Source of the DNA: the human T2T-CHM13v2.0 reference genome, Homo sapiens
DNA: 64,000 bases
Assembly: GCF_009914755.1 (NCBI RefSeq)
Contig: NC_060934.1
Strand: one strand, 5' to 3'
The translations under genes were made by a program, and so were the position numbers. Under the pieces are notes generated by a model. The model was given only the letters and a program-made list of their open reading frames with translations. It did no database searches and was not told the DNA's origin. Positions 15,546-28,589 of the stretch are shown piece after piece. Positions within the stretch are counted from its first letter, which is position 1, and the number at the start of each line of letters is the position of its first letter.

Positions 15546-17680
15546 CTGCCAAGAGTAAACATGCACTTAATCTCTCTTAATGCCTCTCTGGCATTAAGAC
15601 TGTCAATGTCTCTCAATCTAAACACTTTAGGTTGAGAATGTATATCCCCCATCCCCGCCAGGCCCCCACACCTCCATTCCATCTAGAAGTTTACCCCAAC
15701 TCCAACCAACTCTTTGTAAAACCTTCTCAACATGAGTAACCAGCTTCCATTTCCACTTGGAAAACCCTTAAAAAGGAGTTTAAGCTTTCTGCTGAATCAT
15801 GGATTATTGGAGCAGCAAATCAAGATTATTAAACAAAACGAGCACATAAACAAACAAAACCAAAGCACTCTCTAGAACAGGAGCCAGTCAAAAGTCATTT
15901 ATTTCAGACCACGTGTAGGTCTTCTCTGATGACCACATTTGAAGGTCATCAGAGAAGACGACGGAGTTCAATGCACTGTGGCTGTTCCCTTTGTCTTTAT
16001 GGTCCAAGTGTACCTGTTTTGAGACTTAAGAAAAGTGGAGGAGAATACATTTTGAACAGGAACTGTATAATCATTTTTTAAATGATCATGTAAAAATCTA
16101 GTTAGAAGCAATGGAAGACCGGGGTGGTCTGGAGAAAAGGAAACTGTCAGACTAATGAACAGAGAAGTGAGAAAGGTATGAGGAGAAAAAAAAAAGAGCA
16201 AAGAGAAAGAGAACGGAAAGAAACAGAGTTAAGAAAAAACTAAGACTGCAATATGCCCCTGGAGAACAGGGATTTCGTAAGAGTGAGACAGTTGAGAGAA
16301 CATGGAAAGTGGATATGGAAGTGGATGAATGGAGATGATTCAGGCAGCAGAAATAGGAACCCCGTCCCCCACAAAGGCAGCTCCTGAAGTGGATCACATT
16401 TTAATCAAACTTCCTCAAAAAGCATTCACACTCTTCTGTGAATTACTGGAAGAATTCCAAATGCATTTTTAAGAGAAATAAAGCAGTTCGTGGAGGGTGG
16501 TCTCAAAAAGCAAACATTAAAAACAAAAAACAAAGCCTTCTGTTTCTGCCATAAAATGCAGTTGGAGGAAGTGGGGGTTAAGTTGGTCTTTGGTCCTGAT
16601 GACTGATATTGCTGGTTTATGAGTTAACTACACACACTGCTTCAAGTTTAAAACTTGCATGTTATAACCACTCTTTCAGACAAAAGCAAAAGAAAATCAC
16701 AAAAGTATGCTTTGAATCAGGTTTCCAGTCACATAATCCTGAGGGAAACATCTTTTATAAAACAAATCCCCATCAGTCCGGGATCTTCCAAACAGACTTT
16801 TACAAGAAAAATGTTTGTATTATAGCAGTGTTCCTTCTTGCTGCCCAGCTGTGCTAATTCATGAATTTAGGTGTTCCTAAAGATATCTGGAAACCTTATG
16901 GAAAAGGAAAAATAAAGCACCAGGAAAGGTACAATTTCTCATATCTTTACAATGTTACAAGAAGAAACTGTTACGCTTTGTAACTATATGTTGTAGGCAT
17001 GCTTTATGGTGATAACTATGCGTTACTTATAAAAGAAAAGACATTTGCCCCCATGGTGCCCACGGGTGCACACAAAATGAGACACCTTCTGAAAGTGTGA
17101 AGATCTTGCCCTTTTTCCTCATTGAGGCGTGAAAGAGGCAGAACCCTCTCTGTTGTCCATAATTCCCTAATTAATCATTAAAAAAATTTGGCTAATTATG
17201 CAGAAGAAAATATAGCTCTAGAAATGAAAAACTAATCTCTCATTGAAAAGCTCATGGAAAGGAATCTGGTTGTTTAGACGTTTACACTTTTCAGCCTGCA
17301 GAGGGGTGAAATAAACGACCATGGGATATTTCCAACTGGCTTAAGATCCCCATTTAGAAAATACACAATTCCAGATAATAAAAACAAACATGTGAACACA
17401 ATTTTCCTGTCTCTGCAATTTTCAGAGAAGTCTACATTTTCTCATGAATTCAGAGAACTGCAAGCTCAGAGGGAAGCTTAACCACATAATAAAGAGAAGC
17501 ACTGGGGGAGTCGCCGGCTCAGGGCGGAGGTTTATTCTCCTGTTAGCTGCACACACAGAGAGAGGTTTACATTATCCCCACGTGATTTCCACCTATCTGG
17601 CTGTCCAGTTAAAAAAACAACAACAAAGAATCATGTTTTTAAATTTGTGATATGGAGAGCAACATTTGAAACTGGTTGCT

Positions 17681-18095
17681 GAAGACATGGAACCAATCCA
17701 AATGCCCATCACTGATAGACCGGATAAAGAAAATGTGGTATATACATACACCACGGAATACTATGCTGCCATAAAAAGGAATGAGATCGTGTCCTTTGCA
17801 GGGACATGGATGAAGCTGGAGGCCATCATACTCAGCAAACTAATATAGGAACAGAGAACCAAGTGGGAGTTGAACAATAAGAACACATGGACACAGGGAG
17901 GGGAACAACACACACCAGGGCCTGTTGAGGGGTGGGGGATGAGAGGAGGGAATTTAGAGGATGGGTCAGTAGGTGCAGCAAACCACCATGGCACACGTAT
18001 ACCTATGTAACAAACCTGCACGTTTTGCACATGTATCCTGTTTTTTTTTTTTTAAAGAAGAAATTAAAATAATAATTTTAAAAAATTTAAAAAAA
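17681..18095 (+). mobile_element. 5'-truncated L1PA-type 3' end
   Basis: ORF2 end and 3'UTR (gcagggacatggatgaagctgg..., gcagcaaaccaccatggcacacgtatacctatgtaacaaacctgcac); perfect TSD gaaactggttgct at 17668 and 18096. Confidence 0.92.
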
Positions 18096-18510
18096 GAAAC
18101 TGGTTGCTCTACTGGATTTTCATTTTGGGGGGTTATGAACAAAAGCCCTTCCTCAAACGGGAACATCAGCCTCTGGGATTAGCCCAAAAGTCTCCGTTCC
18201 CAGGTGGAGGCAGAGGCCTTCTTTGAATCTTGCTCAAGAAAGAACCAGTTCCTGGGCCTCTCAAAGTCATCACAGCCAAGTTCCCCAGGATAAATAACCC
18301 CCGATCAGCCTGCAATGAGGACTCTGGCAATGGGAACTTAACTCAAGTTAGAAAAGCAAGTTGACATTGGGGCTATAATAAATCCTCATTGCAATTCTTT
18401 CTTCATATGGGTCAGACCATTTGTATAACATTTATTCATCCCATGCTATCTACCAGGGATGCTGTTTGCACTAGGCCCTGTGTAGGGTGCTGGGGATACA
18501 GTGTGGACAG

Positions 18511-18670
18511 GAAACTCATATTCCTGAAACCCAGTGTCCTCCTGAAACTCATATTCCTGAAACCCAGTGTCCTCCTGAAACCCATATTCCTGAAACCCAG
18601 TGTCTTCCTGAAACTCATATTCAGGAAACCCATATTCGGGAAATCCAGTGTCCTCCTGAAACTCATATTC
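18511..18670. repeat. 33-bp minisatellite (15+18 bp subunits), about 5 copies, inside an L2 relic
   Basis: Repeats of gaaactcatattcct-gaaacccagtgtcctcct. Confidence 0.93.
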
Positions 18671-19072
18671 TGGTGGGGCCTGGGAGAAGGTGAGCCCATG
18701 CAGAATTAACGAAAGAAAGAGAGAGTCTGTGAAAAGTACAACAAAGGAAATAAACAGGGTTCTGCAGGTAGGATGAAGCTGGGCAGTGGGCAGGCCAAAG
18801 GTAGCTGAGGCCTGAAGGATGAGAAAGAGGCATGTGTGGAAAGATTGTGGGAACAGTGTTTCAGGTAGATGGAATGGCAACAGCAGATGTCCTGAGGCTG
18901 GGGAGAGCTTGTGGGTGTTGGCAACAGGCCGTATGGCTGGAGTCTGGCGAATGGCGGACAAGAGTGGACGAGAGGAGGTGGAAGATGGGGACAGGACACT
19001 GGGGCCATGGCAAGGAGGTTGAGTGATAGCCTAATAATCTAAGAGCATGGGGGCCTTGAATGTGAGATTTTA

Positions 19073-19606
<534 letters not shown>

Positions 19607-20057
19607 TCACAATGAGACCACAGCCAAAGTGTCCATCGCCAGCAATATCAGCAAATGAAATGAATCAAAAGTTTGGTTTCTCTTCCTCTAGGCAAGAAAA
19701 CAATCAGTATTAGCTCAAGCAAGCAACGCTCCATGCCTTGACTCTAACATCACTTTCTGCGTATTTGTAAGTTGAGCTCCAGTTTCGGTTAGGAAAGGTT
19801 GTCTCTACCATCCTTGACCGTGACTGGCATGGGGACAGCACACACTGATCATATCCACACAGGATACAGCGTCTGACACCTGGCCGACATGTAGGCGGGC
19901 AGAAGTAAACAAATGAGACATTCTGCCAGGAGAACAGGCTGAATCCGGCAAACTGAATGTTAATAGGGAGAAATGTGAAGTATTGAAATTAAGCCTTAAA
20001 AACGAATGGCACAAGTGAGATCTATTATTTATTTATCCAGAGCTTCAGTGGATTTGA

Positions 20058-20603
<546 letters not shown>

Positions 20604-23600
20604 TGATATTCAACTCTCATTAGGCTCTACATATAATGTGCTATATACTGCTATGGCTACAAATACCCCACCACTACTGTGCCTTCTATTAAACAAATAC
20701 GATAGGCTGTCTAGAAACACAAAAGCAATAGCACCAGTTCATTTCAGAATGGCCACCTTCGAGGAAGCAAAACAGCACCTCCCCAACTCGCTGTCCTATA
20801 TGTACACAGTACCCAAGCAAACATTTCTTTTCAGAGAAGGCAGCAACTTTTCTGTTTGACTCATAATTATCCATACTAACGGAGGGGAACAATGGCACAG
20901 ATAATCCCTAAAGAAAAGGCAATTCAAAAATAATTTGCATTTGCCTTTGGGATGTCTTATGTGATTTTCTCCAGTAGATTTACCATCTTTGCCTTGCTCA
21001 GAGCTTGCTTAGGATGATGTTAAAATTAGTTTGCATTCTTGAATGAGTAGCCGATGGAGAGGGAAGGAGTCTGCTGTGGGGGAGCTGAACAGTAAGGAGG
21101 CTTCAGGATGGAGACTCAAAAATCCACAGAGAGAACGAGCTGACTGTGACGCTCCCTGTTTCTCTGTGCCCTTCGAGGGGCAGCCTGGGTTCTCACTAAA
21201 ATCTAATGTGGAGCCTTGTAAAAATGACAAACAATAGCTCAGGTTTATATCACAGCCAGTGTATACCCTGAGTGCAGATTTATTCCTGATGCTCTGTGAA
21301 GAAAAACGCAAACATCTGCAGAAAAATCAGAGTCTGCAAACCAGTCTTTGCAATAGTTAACATTTAGTGGGGGCAGAAAAATGCAGGGAAAAAGCAAATG
21401 CAGTTGCTGCATTGCATAAACAAGATTAGTTAGCAGCCTTTCTATTGATTTTTTTTTAAGAGTGAAATAAAGGCAGCATAAGTGGGGCAGGAAATGTCCC
21501 TTTCATATTTACCGTAGGTGCTAACCAAAACAATCTACTATATAATTCCAATTCACAAGGATTCCACATATTTGAAATTATTTTTCGCACCATTTTCATT
21601 ATATACATGCATTTTAAGTCCAGGATGCTTTCTCTTCCATAAAAACCATCACAGTGCTTTCTAGAGAGAAATATTGAGAACTGAGTTGACCGGCATTGAT
21701 GCCTTCCCTTTTCAATTTAAAGGTTCATTTGCACTTCAATATGCATTATTAACAAAGCACCGTTGTTATTCCCATTCTCCCCATTTCTCCACAAGTCAAA
21801 ATGACTGGAAATTACAATCATGCTTCTAGAAAGCTGTAAGCTAAAAGAATTAAAATATGGCTGGCAAGTACAGACCAAGTGTGTACTTCTATATGAAACG
21901 ACAAACATATTTGAGTGTCATTTAAGCCATCAAATTATAAATCTTGTAACGTGGGCAACGTGCATTCAACAAGGTACTCAAAGCAAAGAGCCTGGAAAAC
22001 AAAATGCAAATGTTCTACTTGTTTATGACCGGTAAAGCTACAGCTTAATCACATCTTCTCCAAGGTTTGGAATCAAAGGCAAAAGCATTTGAAGAGTAAA
22101 ATAAACCTGCCGTGGGACCCCAGAGGCTGATCTTTAAATCCACCACTAAGACAGGTAGCGGGGAGAAGCACAAGTTGAAAAGTCTCTTGAGCTTGTAGGG
22201 GTAGAGGTTGGGGGGGTAATTTTCAAGCTCTGTTCCTTGGGATTAGGATACAGTGTTCTGCCACCAAGCAGCCATGTCAAGGTGAGCCACAGTACCAGAT
22301 GGGAGAGTTCCTCCCCTTCCTGTGATGGGGCAGGAAACGAAAAAGAGGTTGTGAGCACCTGCCATAGAAACTCTTAGAAACATACTAGCAAACAGAAGAC
22401 GTGAGGGTTACACAAGTAGAATACCTGGACTGAAAGAATGAATGTAAAATTAGAGTTAAAAGTCCTGAACTGGTTCCGATAAGAGCAGTTTTAGGGGAAC
22501 AGACATCTATCCACAGGTATGAGGGGAATTCTAAGAATTAGAAGGTATCATTTGGGATAACCCCTACTGTTTCCAACTAGAAAAATGATTTAGAATGAAC
22601 CAAGAATAATATTCATTAAATATTGAGTGCTAAGCAGTGGTCTACTGAAATTCAAGTTAGGAGACAACAACGGGTTAGGAGAAACCTAGAAGAAATGTTC
22701 TCGGACAGTCAAATATAAGCACAAGCGACATCCTATCTATAAATTTTCTTGATTTCTTATCAACAGAGGAACAGGAAATCCAGAAATGGAAAATCAGGAA
22801 ATTGTTGATAATTTCCTATCTGTTTCTGCTCATTTAAATTCAGGGCCTCCAGCCAAATGTTGGGAACGATTGCCTTTAATCCTTATTAAAAGAGCTCTAC
22901 TGTAGCCTCTGTTGCCCACATAATGCCAGAGAGAAAAGGGGCAGGCCACCCTTAGGGGTGGAGGTTTCATGGTGTGACACTACACGTGTCAGGAAGGGAA
23001 GTCTGTCTGCAGCACAGACTCCCTTAGGCAACTACTCTTTCCAGTGCTCCTGCAAAAAGGAAGACATTTTATCAGCAGATCCAGGGGCTGGTGGCCAGAA
23101 AACACAGACTGCTTGGACGGTCCCAGGAGGGAACTAGGACAAGCATTTGCAGCTTGGACTGTGGATAAGCAAGATTCCTGAGCCACATCACGTGGAGGAA
23201 GGCCCAGTTCACCTCTGCATAAGTGTGTAGGCAAAGAGTGAGAATTCTCTGCAAATTATAAGAACCCAAACTTGCTAATAAGGAAGGCTCTATGTAGTCT
23301 TTCACCTCCAGTAGATGGAGAGCTGCTAGAGAGTGGGTCAGGGTCCAATCTTGTCTTGCTTGTCATGGTGGCGCCCAACCCTGGGCCTAGGACCATAGTA
23401 GGGTCTCTTGGGAGATTCCATGAATCTTGAGCTTGTGGGGGTAGAAGTTGGGGGGGGGGGTAATTTTGTCATCCTTTGATCCCAACTGTGTGACTTTCCT
23501 CAGCATATTTTAATGAGTCTGAGACTGACATCTGCAGTACAGTGATGGGGATTTGGCTTATGGTTGTGACCACCTCCAGATAAACTGGGCACTTCCATCC

Positions 23601-23712
23601 CCCAGATGCCGCATCATCTAGATGGCAACATTTCTCCAGATGTCCTAGTGTGGGGTATCCGTAGCTTGAGCTCCTAGCTTTCCAGAAACACAAAATCAGG
23701 TATCCCCCTTAC

Positions 23713-23899
23713 CCTTCTTGCCCATGTCTGAGAGGGTGGTGGAAACACATTCTTTGCAGCGAGGTTTGGTGTGTTGTGATGTGATCCACATGATCCCCGG
23801 ACGCTTTTCAGCTTCTTCGCTGGGAAGAGTTTGTATCTGTTGGTTGCACTTTTCATTGGTTCTAAGACATAGCTTTCATTTTCAAACACAATAAGTCCC
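23713..23899 (-). CDS. ADAM12: ADAM12 exon 6 (GLIVFENESYVLEPMK...VRGSCGSHH...TWARR), 187 nt; contains the cysteine-switch Cys
   Basis: Acceptor ttctttttcaacag|G; donor AGG|gtaagg; lies within ORF 23674..23961. Confidence 0.98.
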
Positions 23900-24289
23900 C
23901 TGTTGAAAAAGAAACAAGAAAAAATATATAATTTTAAGGACAGCTTCTTGTTTATGGCCAAGACACAGTTCTTAACAAGAGAGAGAATGAAAACAGAAAC
24001 ACCAATTTACTTATATTCTCAGATTTTGATTGGAAAGGACGTTTCTGTGACATATGTTTGCATTGATTCATTTGGCAAATCTTTTGGAAAGTTAGCCTAG
24101 GAATTTTCTTCTGTTTGAAATATTTTATGGTAAAGAATACAGTGCATTTTGCTTTTGTATGTTTTTATCTCTTTTTATGTCTCAAAGATATATTGCCGGG
24201 AAGAAGAATGAGGAAAAAGATGTTTTAACTGCTTAGAAGATAACTGTATCTGAATTAGCAGACACATTTCAAAAGGCAAATGTTTACTT

Positions 24290-24610
24290 TTAAAATATTT
24301 CAATAGCCTCAGGGGTACAGTAGCCTTTGGTTACGTGGATAAATTGTGTAATGGTGAAGTCTAGGATTTTAGTGCACCTGTCATCTGAGTAGTGTACGTT
24401 GTACCCCACAGGTATTCTTTCATCCCTCTCCCGCCTCTTGGCCTCCCCCTTCTGAGTCTCCAATGTCCATTATATTACTCTGGATGCCTTTGTGTACCCA
24501 TAGCTTACTTCCCACTTAGAAGTCAGAAAATGCCATGTTTGTTTTTCAATTCCTGAGTTATTTCATTTACAATAATGGCCCTAGTTCCATCCAAGTTGCT
24601 CCAAAAGCCA
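24290..24610 (-). mobile_element. L1PB/L1MA-type 3' fragment
   Basis: Matches reverse L1 3'UTR (tttggttacgtggataaattg...attttagtgcacctgtcatc...ttcctgagttatttcatttacaataatggcc...gttccatccaagttgct). Confidence 0.8.
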
Positions 24611-24894
24611 TTAGGAAATCTTTTTATAAAAGGACAATTCCTACATCTAATTATTTATCCTGATCAGCCCTATTCCCTAAATATTTGATGGAATTATAAG
24701 CACCATGAGTACAAATTTATATTTTTTTATTTACTTATTTAATTTGTGGGAGATGTGTGAATAAAGGAACCCACTTAAGTACACAGAACATTAGCACTGC
24801 TTCTTGGAGGCTGAGGTCCGGCCTCTGGATCCTGTGTTCAGCTCTTTCTGGAATCAAGAACACTACAGGGAGAAGTGCCAGTCTCAACGCTGCA

Positions 24895-25105
24895 AGGGTG
24901 GCCTCTGGAGTCTGGAAGCTCTGGGTTTGAGTTCCAGTTTTTTACTTACTAGTTATGTGACCTTAACTTTGAGCCCTGGTTTCTTCACCTGTAAAATGGG
25001 GATAATGGTACCTACTTCTCAGGGTTGCTATGTCATCGAGTCAAAACGCTTAGCCCAGGGGAGGCCCCAGGTCAGTGCTTGAGAGATGGTAGCTTTCTTT
25101 ACTAT
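24895..25105 (+). mobile_element. MIR SINE
   Basis: ctgggtttgagttccag...tgtgaccttaactt...ttcttcacctgtaaaatggggataatggtacctacttctcagggttgct. Confidence 0.8.
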
Positions 25106-25848
25106 TAATAAGGGCAGATTCATGGATTAGGCATCTGTTAACAGGTTAACTGAAAGACTGACAACTTCAGGAAAGTTCTGTATTTTGTTAACCCATCTGC
25201 TCATAGGAATACTGGTCACTCATGGCTCTGTGATATAAAATATAGCATTAAAAATATAAATACATTTCTGGGAATGACAATAACTAAGAAAGAACCTTTT
25301 GAGCCAGTCTTTAGGTTTGGGAAAGAAAGCATAGATTCTTTTTAAAAATGGACAAATTTGCTGAAGACTCTAACTTGCAGAGATAGAAGGTGACATTTAG
25401 CCATGGACCATGACACATGTCTGACCTTCTGGAGCTCACAGCTAAGGCCACATCCCACTGCCTGGAAATGAGTAATGCTAGCCTTGGGCTGTCGGGTTCC
25501 TTCAAACGATGGGAACCTCGGCCTGCAGCTTGGTTTTCATTTCTCTCTTTGCTAAGGTGGGGCAGTGAAGTGCTTTAATTTAAAAGGTGCTTCCTGATGT
25601 TGAGAGAAAGGTTTTCTTTGGAGAAATGACAATTTGGGTAACAGCAAACTGGCATCTCTGAATTCCCATGTGTCTAGTACCTTATGTTATTTAGCGAGGT
25701 GACCACTATCTCTCCACTTTAGAAAGACACAAAATTTTCATGTAAAATTCATCTGACTGGAAATGGACCCTTCTAATACAGTGACTACTAACCTTTTGTG
25801 AGACATGAACCTCCTCAGACTCTTCCTAGGATAATTCACATACATACC

Positions 25849-26447
25849 TGTAGGGGCTAAGGGAAAATGTCCTCCTTTGCCCTCTGAAAGTTCACTACAA
25901 ATCAACTGACAAAAGGCAGAAATATTATGGGAGAAAAGGCATACAATTTTATTTTAACAGTCATAGCACAGGTGAATTGTAGAAGAATGATTACTCAATG
26001 GGGGCACAGATGGTTATACACCCTTCTTCTTAGGAGAAAGGGAGATAGGGAAGTATGGATAATTTTAGGGGGTGAGTAAATGATTTTTAGGGGAATTCAT
26101 TGGGCTGGAAGAACATACAATGGCCTGGGACAAAGTCTGTTGGGCCTGCAGAACAGACAACGGTTTATGACAAAAGTCTGTCTGGATGTGTTGACAGGCT
26201 TCAGTCTTTCTTCCTGTGACATTAGTTAATGAAAACTCAGAGAGGGACCAAGGTAATTTATTTCTTTTTTGGAGGGTCTATAGTTTAGGCAGATAAGGGA
26301 ACGTCAGAGAACAACTTCATCCTGTGCTTTTGGAGAGTCAGATGGGGTGAAGGTGGGTGCCAGGGGCCAGAGAGACCTTGAGGGTTTTCCTTCAGTTCAG
26401 CATGTCAAAGATCCATATTTTGGGGTATCATTTTCTGAGCCCCAACA
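25849..26447 (-). mobile_element. ERV1 solo LTR (MER34/MER39/LTR29-like), sense to ADAM12
   Basis: TG...CA termini; minus-strand start tgttggggctcagaaaatgataccccaaaatatgg; near-TSD tacc/taca; AATAAA on minus at 25948-25953. Confidence 0.8.
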
Positions 26448-26540
26448 TACATAACCACAAAATTTTGCAGATTATTTTAGCAAATTCAGGAGTGAGGATA
26501 AGGTCTATGTAAATGGAATGAGGTTTAGGGCATTAGTTCT

Positions 26541-27305
26541 AATATATAATAATACACAATATATAATAATATATATTATATAATATATATGCAATATAAT
26601 TATATATTATATATTACATATGTAATATAATATATATTATATATTACATATGTAATATAATATATATTATATATTACATATGCAATATAGCATATATTAT
26701 ATATTACATATGCAATATAATATATATTATATATTATATATGCAATATATTATATGCAATATAATTAAATATATTATATATTAGATGTATAATATACTAT
26801 ATTATATATAGTATATATAGTATATATAGTATATATAGTATATATAGTATATATATACTATATATACTATATATACTATATATACTATATATACTATATA
26901 CTATATACACTATATACTATATATATACTATATACTATATATATTATATACTATAGTATATATACTATATAGTATATACATACTATATATTATATAATAT
27001 ATAATATACTATATTATATTATACATGTAATATATATTATATATGCAATACATAATATATATTATCTTACATGTAACATATATTATATATTACATATGCA
27101 ATTATATATTATATGCAATATATAATATATTGCATATTATATAATATGCAATATATAATATATTGCATATTATATAATATGCAATATGTTATATATCAGA
27201 AATTATATAATATGTAACAATATATAATAGATAATTATATATTATATAATTATATAATAATATATAATCTTATATAATAATTAGTTCTAATATATAATTT
27301 ATATT
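26541..27305. repeat. AT-rich composite repeat: about 5 x 30-bp units, (TATATATAG)n/(TATATATAC)n palindrome, degenerate (TA)n
   Basis: Direct reading of the sequence. Confidence 0.95.
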
Positions 27306-28201
27306 GCAGCAACCCAAGGATCTAGGTATACATCAATCCTCGAGGAATAGCTGGTCAAGTTGCAAACTCCATCAGTTTTCCTCAATCTAAGCTTCTTTCC
27401 AAAGAAGGGACTGTGTAAGGTGTTCCTATGTCATTCATTACTGCTTACATATTTGTTCAGTCATTCATCATCCTATGCTCATTGATGGCCCATTCGTAGG
27501 TAGTATTTAACAACTCTTAAATTTTAATAGATTGACAGTATCTCAACGCTCAAATGATACGGAAGGAAGAGGCTTGAGTTAGTCAAGTATCTATTTTGAA
27601 CACAACTGGTAAGCAAATACAGACTAATCAACTCATTAGTATTTAACTGGCTTACTCCACCAATCCTGTTTTATGAGTTGTCATGGGCAATGGGAGAAAC
27701 AGATCTATCATGCTCAGGATACTGGTATCCTAATAGACAAGGCAGCATCGAGATATCCGGGACAATTAGAAATCCTGTGAGAGCTAAGATGTGCATTTGA
27801 AGAACCGTAACACTTAATCCTTCAGAGAAGAAGGGGTCCAATGTGGTTTGGAGCAACTAAAACATTTTTCAATATTTTCAAATCCCAAATCTGTAGAAAT
27901 TGTTACTTAGTCATGAAAATGTTCTCATGTCTCCTTCTAAGTCATCCAAAGTCCAGATTGACTAAAAGTCATTCTATGAAGTGTTGCCTTCCCCCACACT
28001 GGTGTCCATGTATATCACCAAACAGATCATTCAGGGATTACTTTGGTCATCAACTCTGTGGGGTGGCTTGTGTCTCCTTCTCTGAGATGTTCTTTATGAA
28101 ATAAAATGTAGACTTCTAACTTTGGAATAGGTAGGAGAGGATTTTTGTTTATTAAAGTTGATTTTATTAAGGATGCGAACTTAAAAAAATAGGCAAAGGG
28201 A

Positions 28202-28589
<388 letters not shown>

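Noticed and set aside
18511-18670. STAT (GAS) or HSF element array in the 33-bp repeat
   Set aside because: TTC-N2-GAA spacing is wrong for GAS, and the third GAA is out of phase for a heat-shock element
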